The notes under the pieces were generated by a model. That model searched no databases. It was not told where the DNA came from and worked only from the letters and a program-made list of their open reading frames with translations. DNA of 64,000 bases from a virus: the IMG/VR virus record IMGVR_UViG_3300030331_006276; one strand, 5' to 3'. Shown piece by piece: positions 20,401 to 33,500 of the stretch. Made by a program: the position numbers and the translations under genes. Numbering within the stretch: position 1 is the stretch's first letter; each line of letters starts with the position of its first letter.

Positions 20401-23400
20401 CCTCTTCTGCCTGAATGCATAGCTTGGTGACCCATTGCTATGTTATCTTCACCAGTATCTAAACATGTTAATGAATTTCCAAATGCAATATTATGATTAC
20501 CAGCTGTAAGAGCAAACAACGCGGTATTACCAATAGCTACATTAGTATCCCCATCAGTATTATTATGCAAGGCACTTTTACCAATACCTACATTTTGATC
20601 ACCAGTAGTGATTTCCTGTAAAGCACTTCTACCGTAAGCAACATTATCAGTACCACTAGTTATACATCTCATCGCACAAAATCCTATACCTACGTTATAA
20701 CAACCAGTAACGTCACAACCAAACATAGCATCATGTCCTATAGCTACATTTTGACAACCTGTAGTAGCATTTTGTAAAGCTGCTTTACCAACTGCAACGT
20801 TACACCCACCGGTAGTGTTACTTTGTAAAGCTCTACAGCCTACAGCAACATTACCGGTAACTGTATTTTTACATAACGCAGCACACCCTATTGCAATGTT
20901 CACGCATCCTGAAACATTGCAAAGATTTGCATGAGTTCCTATTGCTATATTACCACTTGCATTAGTTTGAGCAAATGCTGCTGAGCTACCTATTGCTACA
21001 TTATTACCTCCACTACAATTTTGTTGTAATGCATTAGGTCCTAAGGCAACATTACTATTGCCAGTTGTCATATTTTTCGCAGTTTGCGTACCTATTGCTA
21101 CGTTATCTGATCCCTCGGTTAAGCCACATAAAGATCTAAATCCCATACCTATATTTTTAGCACCTGTAGTAAGTGCCCCAATGGTTTGACATCCAATAGC
21201 AATATTGCAATTACCAGTAGCACTACCGGAAGTACCCTGGCCAGCGCAACTACCTAAAAAGACATTATCAGCACCTGATGTCATGTTTACCCCCGCGGAT
21301 GCTCCGATATGTATATTTTTTGAACCGGTATTCACATTCCCCGCTTTACGACCGATCGCTACTGTTTCAGCACCTGTAGTATTACATATCATTGCGCCAC
21401 AACCTATAGCAACATTAAAATTACCTGTAGTATTCTTTATAAGAGTACAACAACCTAAACCTACATTACTACAACCATCTGTAGTACATAATAATGCACA
21501 CATTCCTATAGCAATATTATGAGAACCATTTGTGCTCAAGCACATATTTCTAAAACCTGCTGCAAAGTTAAAATTACCAGTAGTATTACACTTAAGTGCA
21601 TTAAAACCTAAAGCTATATTACATCCCCCGGTACACGTACACATTAACGATTGTGAACCCATTGCTATGTTATCTTTTCCAGTAGTAGCACAAAGCATTG
21701 AACATGTACCCATAGCAATATTACCCTGATTAGATTCTGTCATAGGGCCAGCGCCAGCACACGGCCCGATTGAAATATTACTAGTACCTGTTGTAGTACT
21801 TCCTCCAGCATTATTACCTAAAGATATATTTGATGATCCAGTTGTAAGATTTTGGTTAGCAAGACAACCTAATGATATATTATTACCACCTGTGCCGGCA
21901 GCTGCATCAGAAGTACTACCTCTCCCTGCACCGCATCCAATACCAATATTATGATTTGCCGATACTCTACCCAATGCGCAGTTTCCTATCCCTATACTAT
22001 TACTAGGAGCTGCAAAATCTCTGACACATGAATTGTCTACCATTAAAGCTCTACAGCCTACTGCTACGTTATTACACCCGGATATATTGTAATATAGACT
22101 TTGATACCCCACAGAAGTATTCCTTAGTCCACATACATTACAATATTGACTTTGAGATCCTAAAGCACTATTACAACTACCTGTAGTAATATCTTGAAGA
22201 GCATCTGGACCTACAGCAGCATTATGACAACCTGTAGTATTACTACACATTGCGCAAAAACCTAAAGCAACATTCTTTATTCCAGCTGTAGTATTGCGTA
22301 ATGTTGAGGTTCCTACAGCTACATTACATTTAGCTGATGCGCTTTGAAACATTGACCCTTCGCCTATAGCTACATTTTGACAACTAATATCTGTACAAAG
22401 CATTGTACAAGATCCTATAGCTATATTAGACTGACCGCATCTAGCATTTTGCATTGATCTATAACCTATAGAAACTGTCTTACTATTACTACCATCATTC
22501 TCAGAAAGAAGAGCTTGATGCCCTAGTGCAACATTAAAACAACCTACATTACACATAGCTGCTTGATGACCCACAGCAGTATTTTGTGTATTATTATTAC
22601 ATCGTAGAGCTCCGCATCCAATTGCAACATTTTGACTACAATTATTTTTTTCACCAGCAAAGTCTCCTACAAAAGTATTAGAGCAACCTCCTGAAGTCAT
22701 TTGATTACCTGCACATTGTCCTATAAGTACGTTTTGTCTACCTGTGGTGAGACACTCACCTGCATCAGTTCCGAAGAGTGTATTAGCTAATCCTCCACTA
22801 TTCCCAAAAAGCTGGCTGCAATATCTTTTAGCACTTATACTGCCATTTACTGTAAATTGCTGATTTGGTGTTGCAGTATTAATTCCTACGTTTTTAGTAC
22901 TAGTATCAGAATAAATTGTAGGATTACCAGATTCATCCGAAACATAAAAATCATTACCCGATGAAGCGGGTTTTATTTTAAAGCTATTGCTATAAGTCCC
23001 ACCAGTACCATGTGAACCTATTCTCCATGTTTCACTACCACCAGGCTTAAATAGTAAATGTGTATTTGTATCATAGCTACCATGCGCACTTTCAATAAAT
23101 GCTAAACCTGCGCCTCCATCATAATCTATACCTAAAGATACCGGATTAGCAGAATGAAATAACTCTAATGCAATAGTATTACCGGTAGTTTTTGATCCAA
23201 TTCTTAACTCATTAGTAGCAGGTCCCCCTCCACTACCTCCTATATAATAACCACAACTCGTACCATCTAAGCCTATATTTTTTGCGCTAAGACCACCGCG
23301 TGCACTTATATTGCCTGAGACTGTAAGCAGTTCACCAGGAGCTGTTGTGCCGATGCCGACGTTGCCGCCCTCAAGGATTGTCAATCTTTCGGTGACATTA

Positions 23401-24515
23401 CCACTTCCATTGACTCTTGTTGATAAAGCTAGGCCAGCTCCATAATCCCCAGCGGTAGCGTTCGTTTTCTTTGCTTCTATGCTTCCGAATACTGTTCTGG
23501 TCGTGCCTGTATATACCCCAAAAAAATCAATCTCTCCACCAACACCCGCTGCAACTGAAGCTGTATCGGCAACAGCTACTACACCGTTGGCACCTTTTGC
23601 GGCAGCGACCTCAAGCTTTAACGCCGGTGCCGTAGTGCCGATGCCCACGTTTCCTGATGAGTTAACGGTTAACCTCTTAGACCCATCCGTTTCTAAGTGA
23701 ATAGTATCTGTTTCAAAATTTATCTTAGTGTTTTCGTCCCCTGAGTGTCTTATGTCAGAAGATACCTCTACGCGATTTCCTATTACACCACCGCTACTCT
23801 TAATATCGCCACAAACATGTAAAGGTTTAGATGGATTAGTTGTTCCTATGCCTACATTTCCACCATCTTCGATATAAAAAGCTGATGTACCATCATCTTG
23901 AAAATCTACTATAGGCTGTGCACCTGTTTGATTTGCAAGAATAGCAGGACCCGTACCACTATTTTCTACAGATAATGCTGAAGTTAATGAAAATATTGTA
24001 TCTATACATGTTATATCTCCAGTTACTGATAAATTACCCTGTATAGTTGCATTGCATCTTAATATTGCATCACCATTTACATCAAATACTGCAGCAGGAG
24101 TTTGAGTTCTAATACCAACTTTATCATTTGTATCAATAAACAAAGATGTAGTACTACCGTTATCAGTACTAAACTCCATATCAACCCCGTTAGCATAAAA
24201 ATTTAAATCGCCACCTGTTCTACTAATTGAAGAATTTTCATTACCTATACAAATTACAGCTTCCCCTGATCCTCGAGATTCTAAACATATAGTTGCTCCT
24301 GAAGCTCCATCATCCACAACTAAGGATGTAGTAGCATCAGATCCTTGTATACGTACAACATCAGAGCAAAATTTTGCATCTCCTATCACCTCTAATTTAC
24401 AAGCAGGAGTATTTGTACCAATACCAACATTAGATGCAAAAAAACTAGAATCTGCACAAGCACTTAAACCCCCTGCTGCGCTAATTCCTCCTGTTGATGT
24501 TACTTTTATTGACAT
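17478..24515 (-). CDS. Giant Cys-rich tail fibre/adhesin (2345 aa)
   Basis: GNVGIGT.P..KL.V.G fibre motifs; long array of 17-aa NxAxGxxALxxNTTG repeats; C-terminal FDIAHPL...HSFVESP domain typical of fibre ends. Confidence 0.8.
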   Translation of the reverse strand: MSIKVTSTGGISAAGGLSACADSSFFASNVGIGTNTPACKLEVIGDAKFCSDVVRIQGSDATTSLVVDDGASGATICLESRGSGEAVICIGNENSSISRTGGDLNFYANGVDMEFSTDNGSTTSLFIDTNDKVGIRTQTPAAVFDVNGDAILRCNATIQGNLSVTGDITCIDTIFSLTSALSVENSGTGPAILANQTGAQPIVDFQDDGTSAFYIEDGGNVGIGTTNPSKPLHVCGDIKSSGGVIGNRVEVSSDIRHSGDENTKINFETDTIHLETDGSKRLTVNSSGNVGIGTTAPALKLEVAAAKGANGVVAVADTASVAAGVGGEIDFFGVYTGTTRTVFGSIEAKKTNATAGDYGAGLALSTRVNGSGNVTERLTILEGGNVGIGTTAPGELLTVSGNISARGGLSAKNIGLDGTSCGYYIGGSGGGPATNELRIGSKTTGNTIALELFHSANPVSLGIDYDGGAGLAFIESAHGSYDTNTHLLFKPGGSETWRIGSHGTGGTYSNSFKIKPASSGNDFYVSDESGNPTIYSDTSTKNVGINTATPNQQFTVNGSISAKRYCSQLFGNSGGLANTLFGTDAGECLTTGRQNVLIGQCAGNQMTSGGCSNTFVGDFAGEKNNCSQNVAIGCGALRCNNNTQNTAVGHQAAMCNVGCFNVALGHQALLSENDGSNSKTVSIGYRSMQNARCGQSNIAIGSCTMLCTDISCQNVAIGEGSMFQSASAKCNVAVGTSTLRNTTAGIKNVALGFCAMCSNTTGCHNAAVGPDALQDITTGSCNSALGSQSQYCNVCGLRNTSVGYQSLYYNISGCNNVAVGCRALMVDNSCVRDFAAPSNSIGIGNCALGRVSANHNIGIGCGAGRGSTSDAAAGTGGNNISLGCLANQNLTTGSSNISLGNNAGGSTTTGTSNISIGPCAGAGPMTESNQGNIAMGTCSMLCATTGKDNIAMGSQSLMCTCTGGCNIALGFNALKCNTTGNFNFAAGFRNMCLSTNGSHNIAIGMCALLCTTDGCSNVGLGCCTLIKNTTGNFNVAIGCGAMICNTTGAETVAIGRKAGNVNTGSKNIHIGASAGVNMTSGADNVFLGSCAGQGTSGSATGNCNIAIGCQTIGALTTGAKNIGMGFRSLCGLTEGSDNVAIGTQTAKNMTTGNSNVALGPNALQQNCSGGNNVAIGSSAAFAQTNASGNIAIGTHANLCNVSGCVNIAIGCAALCKNTVTGNVAVGCRALQSNTTGGCNVAVGKAALQNATTGCQNVAIGHDAMFGCDVTGCYNVGIGFCAMRCITSGTDNVAYGRSALQEITTGDQNVGIGKSALHNNTDGDTNVAIGNTALFALTAGNHNIAFGNSLTCLDTGEDNIAMGHQAMHSGRRGSNNIGMGRDALANNTGSNNIGIGCLALKCNTSGQYNVAIGERAGMCNTTSCYNVAIGRQALCCTTGCQNVALNHALVLNTTGSNNVAAGYVALYNNTTGSFNVGLGLEALCDNTCGCCNVAIGSFPLCSNTEGCFNVGIGRQPLLKNTTGNENIAIGINTLNCNTEGGGNIAIGCGTALNNTTGCCNIALGMNTFLFNTTGLNNIALGCGAVYCNTCGNCNIGLGFHSMRCNTEGCNNISLGFQALMGNTTASDNIALGKNAAACNTTGARNISVGCDAGKSNTTCGDNVAIGTGALCANTGHQNTAVGNNALKNSSTQGNTALGYHAGSCITSGSGNVNIGEFSGMCNTDGGCIVTIGRQAGLKNSGFCTVAIGNNALICNTTSGGNVAIGTNAANDSTGGANTVVGTHALEKNTDGVCNVSLGFFAGTRQINGSNTVTSPDQATYLGACTRASGSGPSNETVIGYCACGCGDNTVSIGNASVETVHSRADFTIGATATTGGRVLAANYSGENRLGVISTRHSSGNFVIGFGAEGKAGSSAYVSTYGNFSGGHTALEISSSSLLFCADSSNSCTAIGCDLTLARVFCIGRTGDMLVCGDISLSNSTISDSGELTIDAGGDINIDAGGADVILKDDGTAFGRFKRDTSNFVIKSETNNKDIIFKGVDDSSTITALTLDMSDAGTAIFNNNVKVGCDSTDSTGAICLLKSNPEVKIVAGEAGCSAFSIYNTAPSPDAEQFFINNTLGCSIMGNKRGSLLIQDSTGTVLTLGGGDGTFADNLDVCGCFSTGTAFVCGAGFGGQSCSSSYVVAVGSCGCCSGQGSIITTGSVHVGGTLSKSSGCFDIAHPLPALSGSKRLSHSFVESPQADNIYSGVVQLTAGKATVDIDNLYGMTDGTLTALNRCFRTFTTNETNWDPVKGSVSGNTLTVESCVTDSTATVSWMVLGERHDIHMLQNPLTDSEGSIRVEYDRPEE

Positions 24516-24537
24516 TAATATTAATATTTAATCTGGA

Positions 24538-27500
24538 TTACATCTTACGTATCATTGCTTTTACTACATGAGAGCTACCACATCCTGCTTCCATAGCTTG
24601 GGCTATAACAGTACCATGTAATGTATATTCAGCTTTTTTACCATGACCGGGCTTGCTAGATGTAGTTATATAATCTCCAATGCTAACTTCTCCAGTTATC
24701 AATACTGGCTCAGCTCCTAAAACTATAGGTTGACATGCACCTTTTTGAGCTACTCCAAATACTCTCCTATCATTTTCTACAGTTGAAAGAGTTAACTCAC
24801 CATCATCACCTATAGATACTAAAGATCCAGTTTCATAATTAGCTAATTTTTTATTAGCAGCTTTCTCCTCAAAGTATCCACCAGCTATAACGCAAGCAAA
24901 TATACCATTTCCAGACGCACTTATATTGCCTGTGACTGTAAGTTTTTCTCCTGGGCTAGTTGTTCCTATACCGACACAACCTTTCAATGCAGTAGTAGTA
25001 ATACAATCATTACCTAAAGTTACTGTATTATCTCCAATACCACAAGCATCGACACCTATAACTATTTCGTTAGTAGGTGTTGTTGTACAAAATCTACTTC
25101 TTGTTCCCAAAGCTATAGAATTACAAGCTTCAGTAACTACTGATGAAGCAGTACATCTTCCTGCATTGAGACCTAAAGCTAAACTACAGCAACCACAAGT
25201 ATTACCTGCCATGGCAGCAGCACCTAAAGCTATATTATAATTTCCTGTAGTATTACATCTTAAAGCTTCGCTTCCCCCAATCGCAATATTTGATATACCT
25301 GAAGTATTATTAAACAATGCAATGTTACCAAGCGCGATATTTTGATTTCCTGTACTATTATCAGTTAAAGCACAAATACCTGCTGCAAAATTATTCGTAC
25401 CAGTAGTATTATTTTTTAAAGCCTGTGATCCGAAAGCTATATTAAAATTACCGCAACTTTTATTTAAAGCATCCTGCCCTAAAGCAATTTGACAACAACC
25501 TCGTGTACCTGTTTTTATAGCATTACTACCTATAGCAATATTATGATCACCAGAAACATTAAAAAACATTGTGCAGTGACCTAAGGCAACATTTGAATGC
25601 CCAGTATCATTACACTTCATCACTTCTTTACCAACTGCTACGTTACAACCTCCAGTTGTATTACACGTTAACCCTAAATAGCCTAAAGCTACGTTATACT
25701 CTCCTTCAGTATTACATCTTAAAGAATTATCGCCTATAGCTACATTACGATAACCGCTAGTATTACCAAATAACGCGAATGTACCTATACCTATATTACT
25801 GCAACCAGATGAATTACATGCAAGAGGGAAACAACCAATAGCAATATTACAGCAACCTGTAGTTAGACTACATAATCCTCCAAGTCCTACAGATACATTA
25901 CAACCTCCAGTTGCGCCATCAGAACAACCAAATAACGTAAGACAACCAATACCAATGTTACTATTTGCTGTAGTAACATTTTGCAGCGATTGTTGACCAA
26001 ATGCTATATTATGATTTCCTGTTATCTTTTGTCCTGCAATAAATCCTGCAGCAATATTACCATTACCATATTTATTACATTGAAGTGTATTAGAACCAAC
26101 AGCAAAGTTATGGCAACCTCCTATAATACCGCAACCAGCTACATTACCAGCAGCAAAGTTATTAGAACCAGAAACATTCTTAAATAAAGTTACATTACCG
26201 GCCGCAAAGTTATGAGTTCCATCTACATTACATAATAAACTTTGCATACCAAGCGCGACATTACAACTACCAGTTGTATTGCTAGTTAAAATTTGCGCAC
26301 CTATAGCGACATTTCTAGTTCCAGTAGTATTACTAGTCATAGTATTACTACCTATACTAACATTACAGCAACCTGTAGTATTGTTACATAAAGCGAAAGC
26401 ACCTATAGCTGTATTATTACAGCCCTCAGTATTTTTAAATAAAGTTAAACAACCTATAGCTGTATTAAGATTTCCACAGGTATTATCTTTTAAAGCATTA
26501 ACACCTATAGCAACGTTATTAGACCCTGTAGTATTGCAAATTAGAGCACTAGCACCCACTGCAAAGTTTTGAGAGCCAGTAGTATTACTTCTTAAAGCAT
26601 TTTGACCTATACCGTAGTTATGAGCTCCAGTAGATACATGACATAATACTTCAGACCCTAATGCTACATTATTACTACTACAGGTTGCGCACCTCATAGC
26701 AGAGGGACCTAATGCAATATTATTATTACCACAACAATTATTACATAGAGTCATCACACCTAGAGCAACATTCGAAGATCCAGAGGAATTATTTCTTAAT
26801 GAGCAAGGCCCCATAGCTATATTACATTGTGCAGTGGTATTACAGCAAAGGGCATGATTACCTATACCTATATTAAAATTACCTGTAGTGTTATTTAAAA
26901 GAGCTTGACAACCTATAGCTGTATTACCACTTGAATCATCATTACTACATAAAGCGCTAGCTCCCGCTGCAAAGTTATGAGAACCAGTACTATTGCAACA
27001 AAGAGTACATGACCCTAGTGCTACGTTACATTTACCTGTAGTATTATTGCGTAGAGCACTTCTACCTATACCAACATTACCTTTAGCAGTAGTATTACAA
27101 CATAAAGCTTCTTGACCTATAGCAATATTACAACAACCACAAGTAAGGCTCTTAAGAGCCTTAGTGCCTATAGCAATATTATAGCAAGCAACCTCTTGGG
27201 AAAAAAGAGCACATTGCCCTATGGATACATTATCACAACCATTGGTATTACAAAATAGCGCAAAACCACCTAACGCTACATTACAAAAACCGCAAGTATT
27301 ACTTTTTAAAGTTTCCTTACCAATTGCTATATTACAACTACCGCAAATATTTGCGGTTAAAGTTAATGCACCTAATCCTACATTACAGTTACCAGTAGTA
27401 TTTTCCTTTAAGGAGCTTTTACCTATAGCTATATTACCAGACCCGGTAGTACTACTTTCTAAAGCCGATTTACCAAAAGCGGTATTATCGCATCCAGTAG

Positions 27501-30500
27501 TATTAGAACACAAAGCTTCAGCTCCTATAGCAATATTACATTTACCTGTAGTATTGCCAGCTAATGCTTTACAGCCTATAGCAGCATTAAAACACCCACC
27601 AAAGTTACTATATAAGGAGCATTTACCAGCAGCAAAATTATTAACACCAGAAAGGGAAGAGTATATAGCTTGATACCCTAACGCAATATTATTAGACCCT
27701 GTAGTATTACCACATAAAGCCTGATATCCCATAGCATTATTACAACTACCTGTGGTGTTGCAGTATAAAGCTTGTAGTCCTATAGCATTATTACTATCTC
27801 CTGTTGTATTACCAAATAATGCAGATCGTCCTAGAGAATTATTATTACACCCAGTAGTATTAGTCCATAAAGCAAACTTTCCAATAGCATTATTATAACA
27901 GCCTGTAGTATTAGATTTTAAATTGCAACAACCTATAGCAATATTTTCACATCCTGTTGTATTACCAAATAATGCACCCAATCCTATAGCAGTATTATGA
28001 CACCCACCAAAGTTACTATATAAGGAGCATTTACCAGCAGCAAAATTATTAGTACCGGAGTTAGCGAGATATAAACTTTGATTTCCAAGCGCGACATTAT
28101 CAGTACCAGTTTTGTTGCCAGCTAAAGCATTCGATCCAATACCTGTGTTATCAGTACCAGTTGTATTTAAACATACAGCGTTACTACCTAATGCAACGTT
28201 GTTACTACCTCCAGTAGCGTCTCTCATTGATCTATAACCAACGGAAAAGTTATGTGATCCTCCCGTCTGGTTTTGTTGAGAGCAAAGACCTAAAGCAGTA
28301 TTACAACCACCGGTTTGATTTTGACAAAGAGCATTTTGACCTATTCCTATATTATATGAACCGGTAGTATTTTTAAATAAAGCTCTCTGACCTAAAGCTG
28401 TATTATGACAACCCGATGAAAAATTTTCTAAAGTATTACTACCTAAAGCAATATTTTCACAACCAGTAGCATTTACTCCTCTACCAGCGCAGTCACCTAT
28501 TCCTATATTACAACTACCTGTAGTATTACAAAATAATGCTTGATTACCTATCCCAACATTACTACTACCTGTTGTAGTGTTTCTCATTACATTAGGACCA
28601 ATTCCAACGCTACCACTACGACAGTGATTAAGTGCCATAACGCAATGACCTATAGCAACATTGCAAGATCCACTACCACCTAAAGTAGTAAAACCAAATC
28701 CTATATTATGACTTCCACTTGTATTAGTAGATAAAGTATTTCGTCCCATGGCTATATTACAACCACCTGTAGTATTAGCGCATAAAGCTATATGACCTAA
28801 TGCAATATTACAGCTACCTGTAGTATTACCACGTAAAGTCATTCTACCTATAGCTACATTACCACCAGCAGTTGTATTGCTTAGTAAAGCTTCAGGACCT
28901 ATAGCAGTATTAAAATCACCTTCATTATTTTGTAAAGTAGTAATACCAATACCTATATTACAGGTCCCCTCAGTACCATTAATCATGGATGATGAACCTA
29001 ATGCAATATTATCACAACCAGTATCATTACAAGCCATCGCAAGACGACCTATAGCAACGTTATGTCCTCCTGTAGTATTGCTTTTTAAAGCTTGCTGACC
29101 TACAGCAACATTTGAAGATCCTATACGATTTAAACATAGAGTGTGATCACCTACCCCTACGTTAAAACAGCCACCATAGTTATTACGTAATGAGCTACAA
29201 CCTAAAGCTGTATTATGACAACCAGAAACAGCGTTACACATAGTATTTCTACCCATAGCTATGTTGCAACCACCGCAAATATTGTTATGCATTGCTCCGC
29301 CACCTAAAGCAATATTATGACTTCCTTCAGTATTCAATCTCATGGTCAGGCGACCCATAGCTATATTTTGACTTCCCGTAGTATTACTACATAAAGCTGA
29401 ACGATTTATTCCAATGTTATCACCCCCCGTAGTATTACACATTAAAGCTTCTGCACCTCCTGCAAAGTTAAAACAACCAGAAATATTGTTTTGCATTGCT
29501 TGTCGTCCTAAAGCTACATTACATCCACCGCAAGTATTAGAGAATAACGCAAAAAAACCAACCGCAACGTTACCACAAGCAGTCGTATTACATTTTAAAG
29601 CATCGCAGCCTACAGCTACATTACGACAACCAGAAGTATTGCTACTAAAAGCACATGTACCTATACTAACATTACAACCTTTATCGCTACAAATACCTTT
29701 TGAGCTTAATGCTCCATTTACAGTAAACTTTACTCCAGGCGCTGAAGTACCAATACCAACAGTTTCTTCTGAACCATCTACGAATAATAAATGTGTATCA
29801 GTGTTACCTTCAACTCTAAAATCATTTGAAGCTCCAACATCATTAATTACTACTCCACTATTATTTGCAATTAACCTTTCTTCATTACCGGTACATAGCT
29901 GAATCGTATCAGTATCAAAACGAAGCGACGTATCAAGATCACCAACATGCATTAAGCAGTTAGCCATTGCCATAGTATTACAAAATACTGCTGGTTGAGT
30001 AAATGTCTTATTACCATCTATAGTTTGGGATCCTGTAGTTCTTACAACTGTACTATCTACACAAACACATGCGCAACCTGTACCATTATTAACTGTAATA
30101 CCATCACAACCAACTACGTCAGTAACAGTACCAACATTACTAGTAGTACAAAATATATCAGCTAGATCGCGACCAGCTGACACTATACCTCTGGTAGTGT
30201 CGGTTATATGTAAACTAGCGCCGCTTAAAGCACCACTAGCGCATATATTACCACAAACTTCTAGTTCTTCTGTTGGAGTATTAACTCCTATACCTACATT
30301 ATTTGAGCTAGTAATAGTTAAAGCAGGAAAGCTACCAGGTTTTGCTATGGTGAAATGACTATGGTTAACGCCTCCAGAACCAGAAGCTATTCTCCATGTC
30401 TCACCATTAGGTCTGTTTGAAAGTCTGATACCTGTTTTATCAGCACCATCTATACCGCCTCCCATAGAACCTGATAAATGAAGTTTTGCTGTAGGAGCAG

Positions 30501-33500
30501 TTGCTCCTATACCAACGAAGCCACCACTTAAAACTGTTAGCAAATTTCCATCATCACCACTATCATCAGAAATATTAAACAGGTCACCAGTTTGAGAACT
30601 AGCTCCTACAATAGATAATGGAATACGAGCTGGGCTTTCTGCAGTAAATGTAAACTGATTAAAAGCATCAAATGTAAGGCCAGAAGTACTCCCACTACCT
30701 ATCCCTCCACCATATGAATCTCCACTACGGATATTAATGGATCTTGTAGCATCTAGTCGAGTGTTACCAGTATTACGTACATACAACTGCGCATTTTCAC
30801 CACTCTTATCATCAAACCCGTTAATTTTTAGAGCATTATCATCAGCACCTTGTGAGATTTCAAGTTTAGTAGAGGGGCTATCTGTACCAATACCTATTGC
30901 ACCATCATCAGCAAATACAATATCATCTCCATTAGAATCTATAAAGTGAGCAATAGGCTGTGTACCTCCTTGCTTTACAAATAATGCAGGTCCAGTACCA
31001 GTGTTAGTAACGGAAAGCGCTGATGTAGTTGATACTGTTGTCTCAACACACGTAAAGTCTCCAGTTACAGAAAGATTACCATAAATGGTAGAGTCACCGG
31101 TTACTAATGAATCACCAGCAACATGAAGTTCGGTTGCAGGACTACTAGTGCCTATACCTACATTACCAGCGCAATTTATTACAAATCTATTAGTCCCGTT
31201 TTCTTGGAAGCATATTAGATCAGCAGCACCTGATGAAATATCCCTGTTAACAAAAAACTGCGTAGCATTTCGAGCTCTTCCAGTAAAACCAATGCAATCA
31301 GTAAAACTATCGCCTATATGAAGAGTAGTGTTATTAGCTATTGGTGTAGCTGATGATATAATGGCAAGACCATTACCACCTGATTTAGATCCACTTACAA
31401 TAACTTGAGGTGCGTTAAGACAAATTTGACTTGATGCTGCTACCTCAGCACAGAAACTTGAGTCAAGTTTTAGTTTATTACCATCAACTGAAGTGATCGT
31501 GCTGCATTGGCTAGGAGTGCTCTCATGAGACATATCAATACAACCTTCAGGCAATCTTACTGTACTACCGTCTATAAGACAAATATCACCATTAGCACTT
31601 ATATTGCCAGATACAGTAAGCTTATCACCTGGCGCTGAAGTACCAATACCAACATTACCAGCAGCTTGTATTCTGAATTTTTCGACTCCGCCTCCTTGCC
31701 AAACTAAGCTACCACCATTTATTAACTTTGATGTACCGTAGTTAAACTCTACCCCACCGGCATTAGTTAATTTTATATTTGGTGTAGAAGTATCACCAAT
31801 TATACAGCCCCCATCTATAGCTACGTTACATGTAAACAGAACATTACCGTTTGTAGCACTTAATCCTCCATTAGCGCTTATATTACCCGCTACAGTAAGT
31901 TTTTCGTTTGGTGTAGTTGTACCAATACCAACATTACCACCCTTACAAACATAGAACATGTTGTCACCAGCCCCTACACTACCGCCAGTGTCTATCCTAT
32001 AATCCCCGCCTGTAGTAGCTCCTGTCGAAATACAATCACTACCTTGCTGAAAACGAATTTGTCCCTGATTACTTGACCCGCCAATTGTTACTAACTGGGT
32101 ACCGCTTCTATGAAACTGAGCCAAAGTACCACCGGTAGAATTAACATGCAGTGGCGCTTCTGGTGCTACTGTACCAATACCCACTCTACCATTAAAATAA
32201 TTAAAGGCGGAGCCTGTTGCACTTAATCCTCCATTAGCGCTTATATTACCTGAGACAGTAAGTTTTTCTCCAGGCGCTGAAGTACCAATACCAACTTTAT
32301 CTGCTGAACCGTCAACAAACAATGCATGTGTATCTGCATCACCTTCAACTCTGAAGTCGTTGGGATTGCCATTGTCATTAATTATGATACCGCCGTTACA
32401 CGCACGTATATGCTCTTCACCTCCTGTGCTTACTACGGCTATATCATTAGCTAGTTGTATAAAAGTATTGCTATCACCATCATGTATAATTTTATTTGCT
32501 ACGCATATATCATCACTAAAAGTTTTTGCACCCGCAATACATTGTGTACCACTTGTACGAACAACAGTCGAGTCAACACAAACACACGCACAACCAGTGC
32601 CATTATTAACAGTAATTCCATCACAACCAACTACGTCAGTAACAGTACCAACATTACTTGTTGTACAAAATATATCTGCTAAATCACGACCAGCTGAAAC
32701 TATACCTCTGGTAGTATCAGTTGTATGTAAGCTAGCGCCGCTTAAAGCACCACTAGCGCATATATTACCATCTACAGTAAGTTTTTCAGTAGGCGACTGG
32801 TTGCCAATCCCTACATTTGAAGTATCAGAATCTAACGTAAAGAAAAAGTCACTATTATCTCTAGAATAAAATTCAATCTTACCTGGTGTTGAGCCGTCAT
32901 CAGGCATATACCATTGTAAAGATCCATTATTAAGCATTAACAACTCATGTCGAGGGTTACCTCCTGTATATGAATCATTTCCTATAGCAAACGCAAATTT
33001 ACCTTGATTCGCTACATTTACTTGTAACCGAGCTTGTGGGCTCGTAGTTCCAATGCCAGTATCACCAGCATCTGTAATTATTGCTCTATTTGTACCACTA
33101 TTATTTTTAAATAAAATACTACCACCTGCGGTACCAGCAGTTACTTGATTAACAACAGCAGCATTACCAACAAGACTTGCTGAAGATTTTATATCACCAA
33201 TAACGTCTAGAGGTTTAGAGGGACTAGTAGTACCAATACCAACATTACAAGCAAAATAACCAACACCGTTTGTAGCACTAAGACCACCACAAGCGCTTAT
33301 GTTACCAGCAACAGTTAGTTTTTGACCTGGTGCTGTATTACCGATACCTACATTACCTCCATTAAAGTATGAAACTCCATTTGTCTCTAGTCTTATAGTC
33401 TCTACTGCAGATGCATTAAAAATAGAAAATCTGGGATGATTGCTATTAAATGCGGAGTCAAGTACCTTACGGTTAGAGTTATCCGTGTTTGTTATAGAAA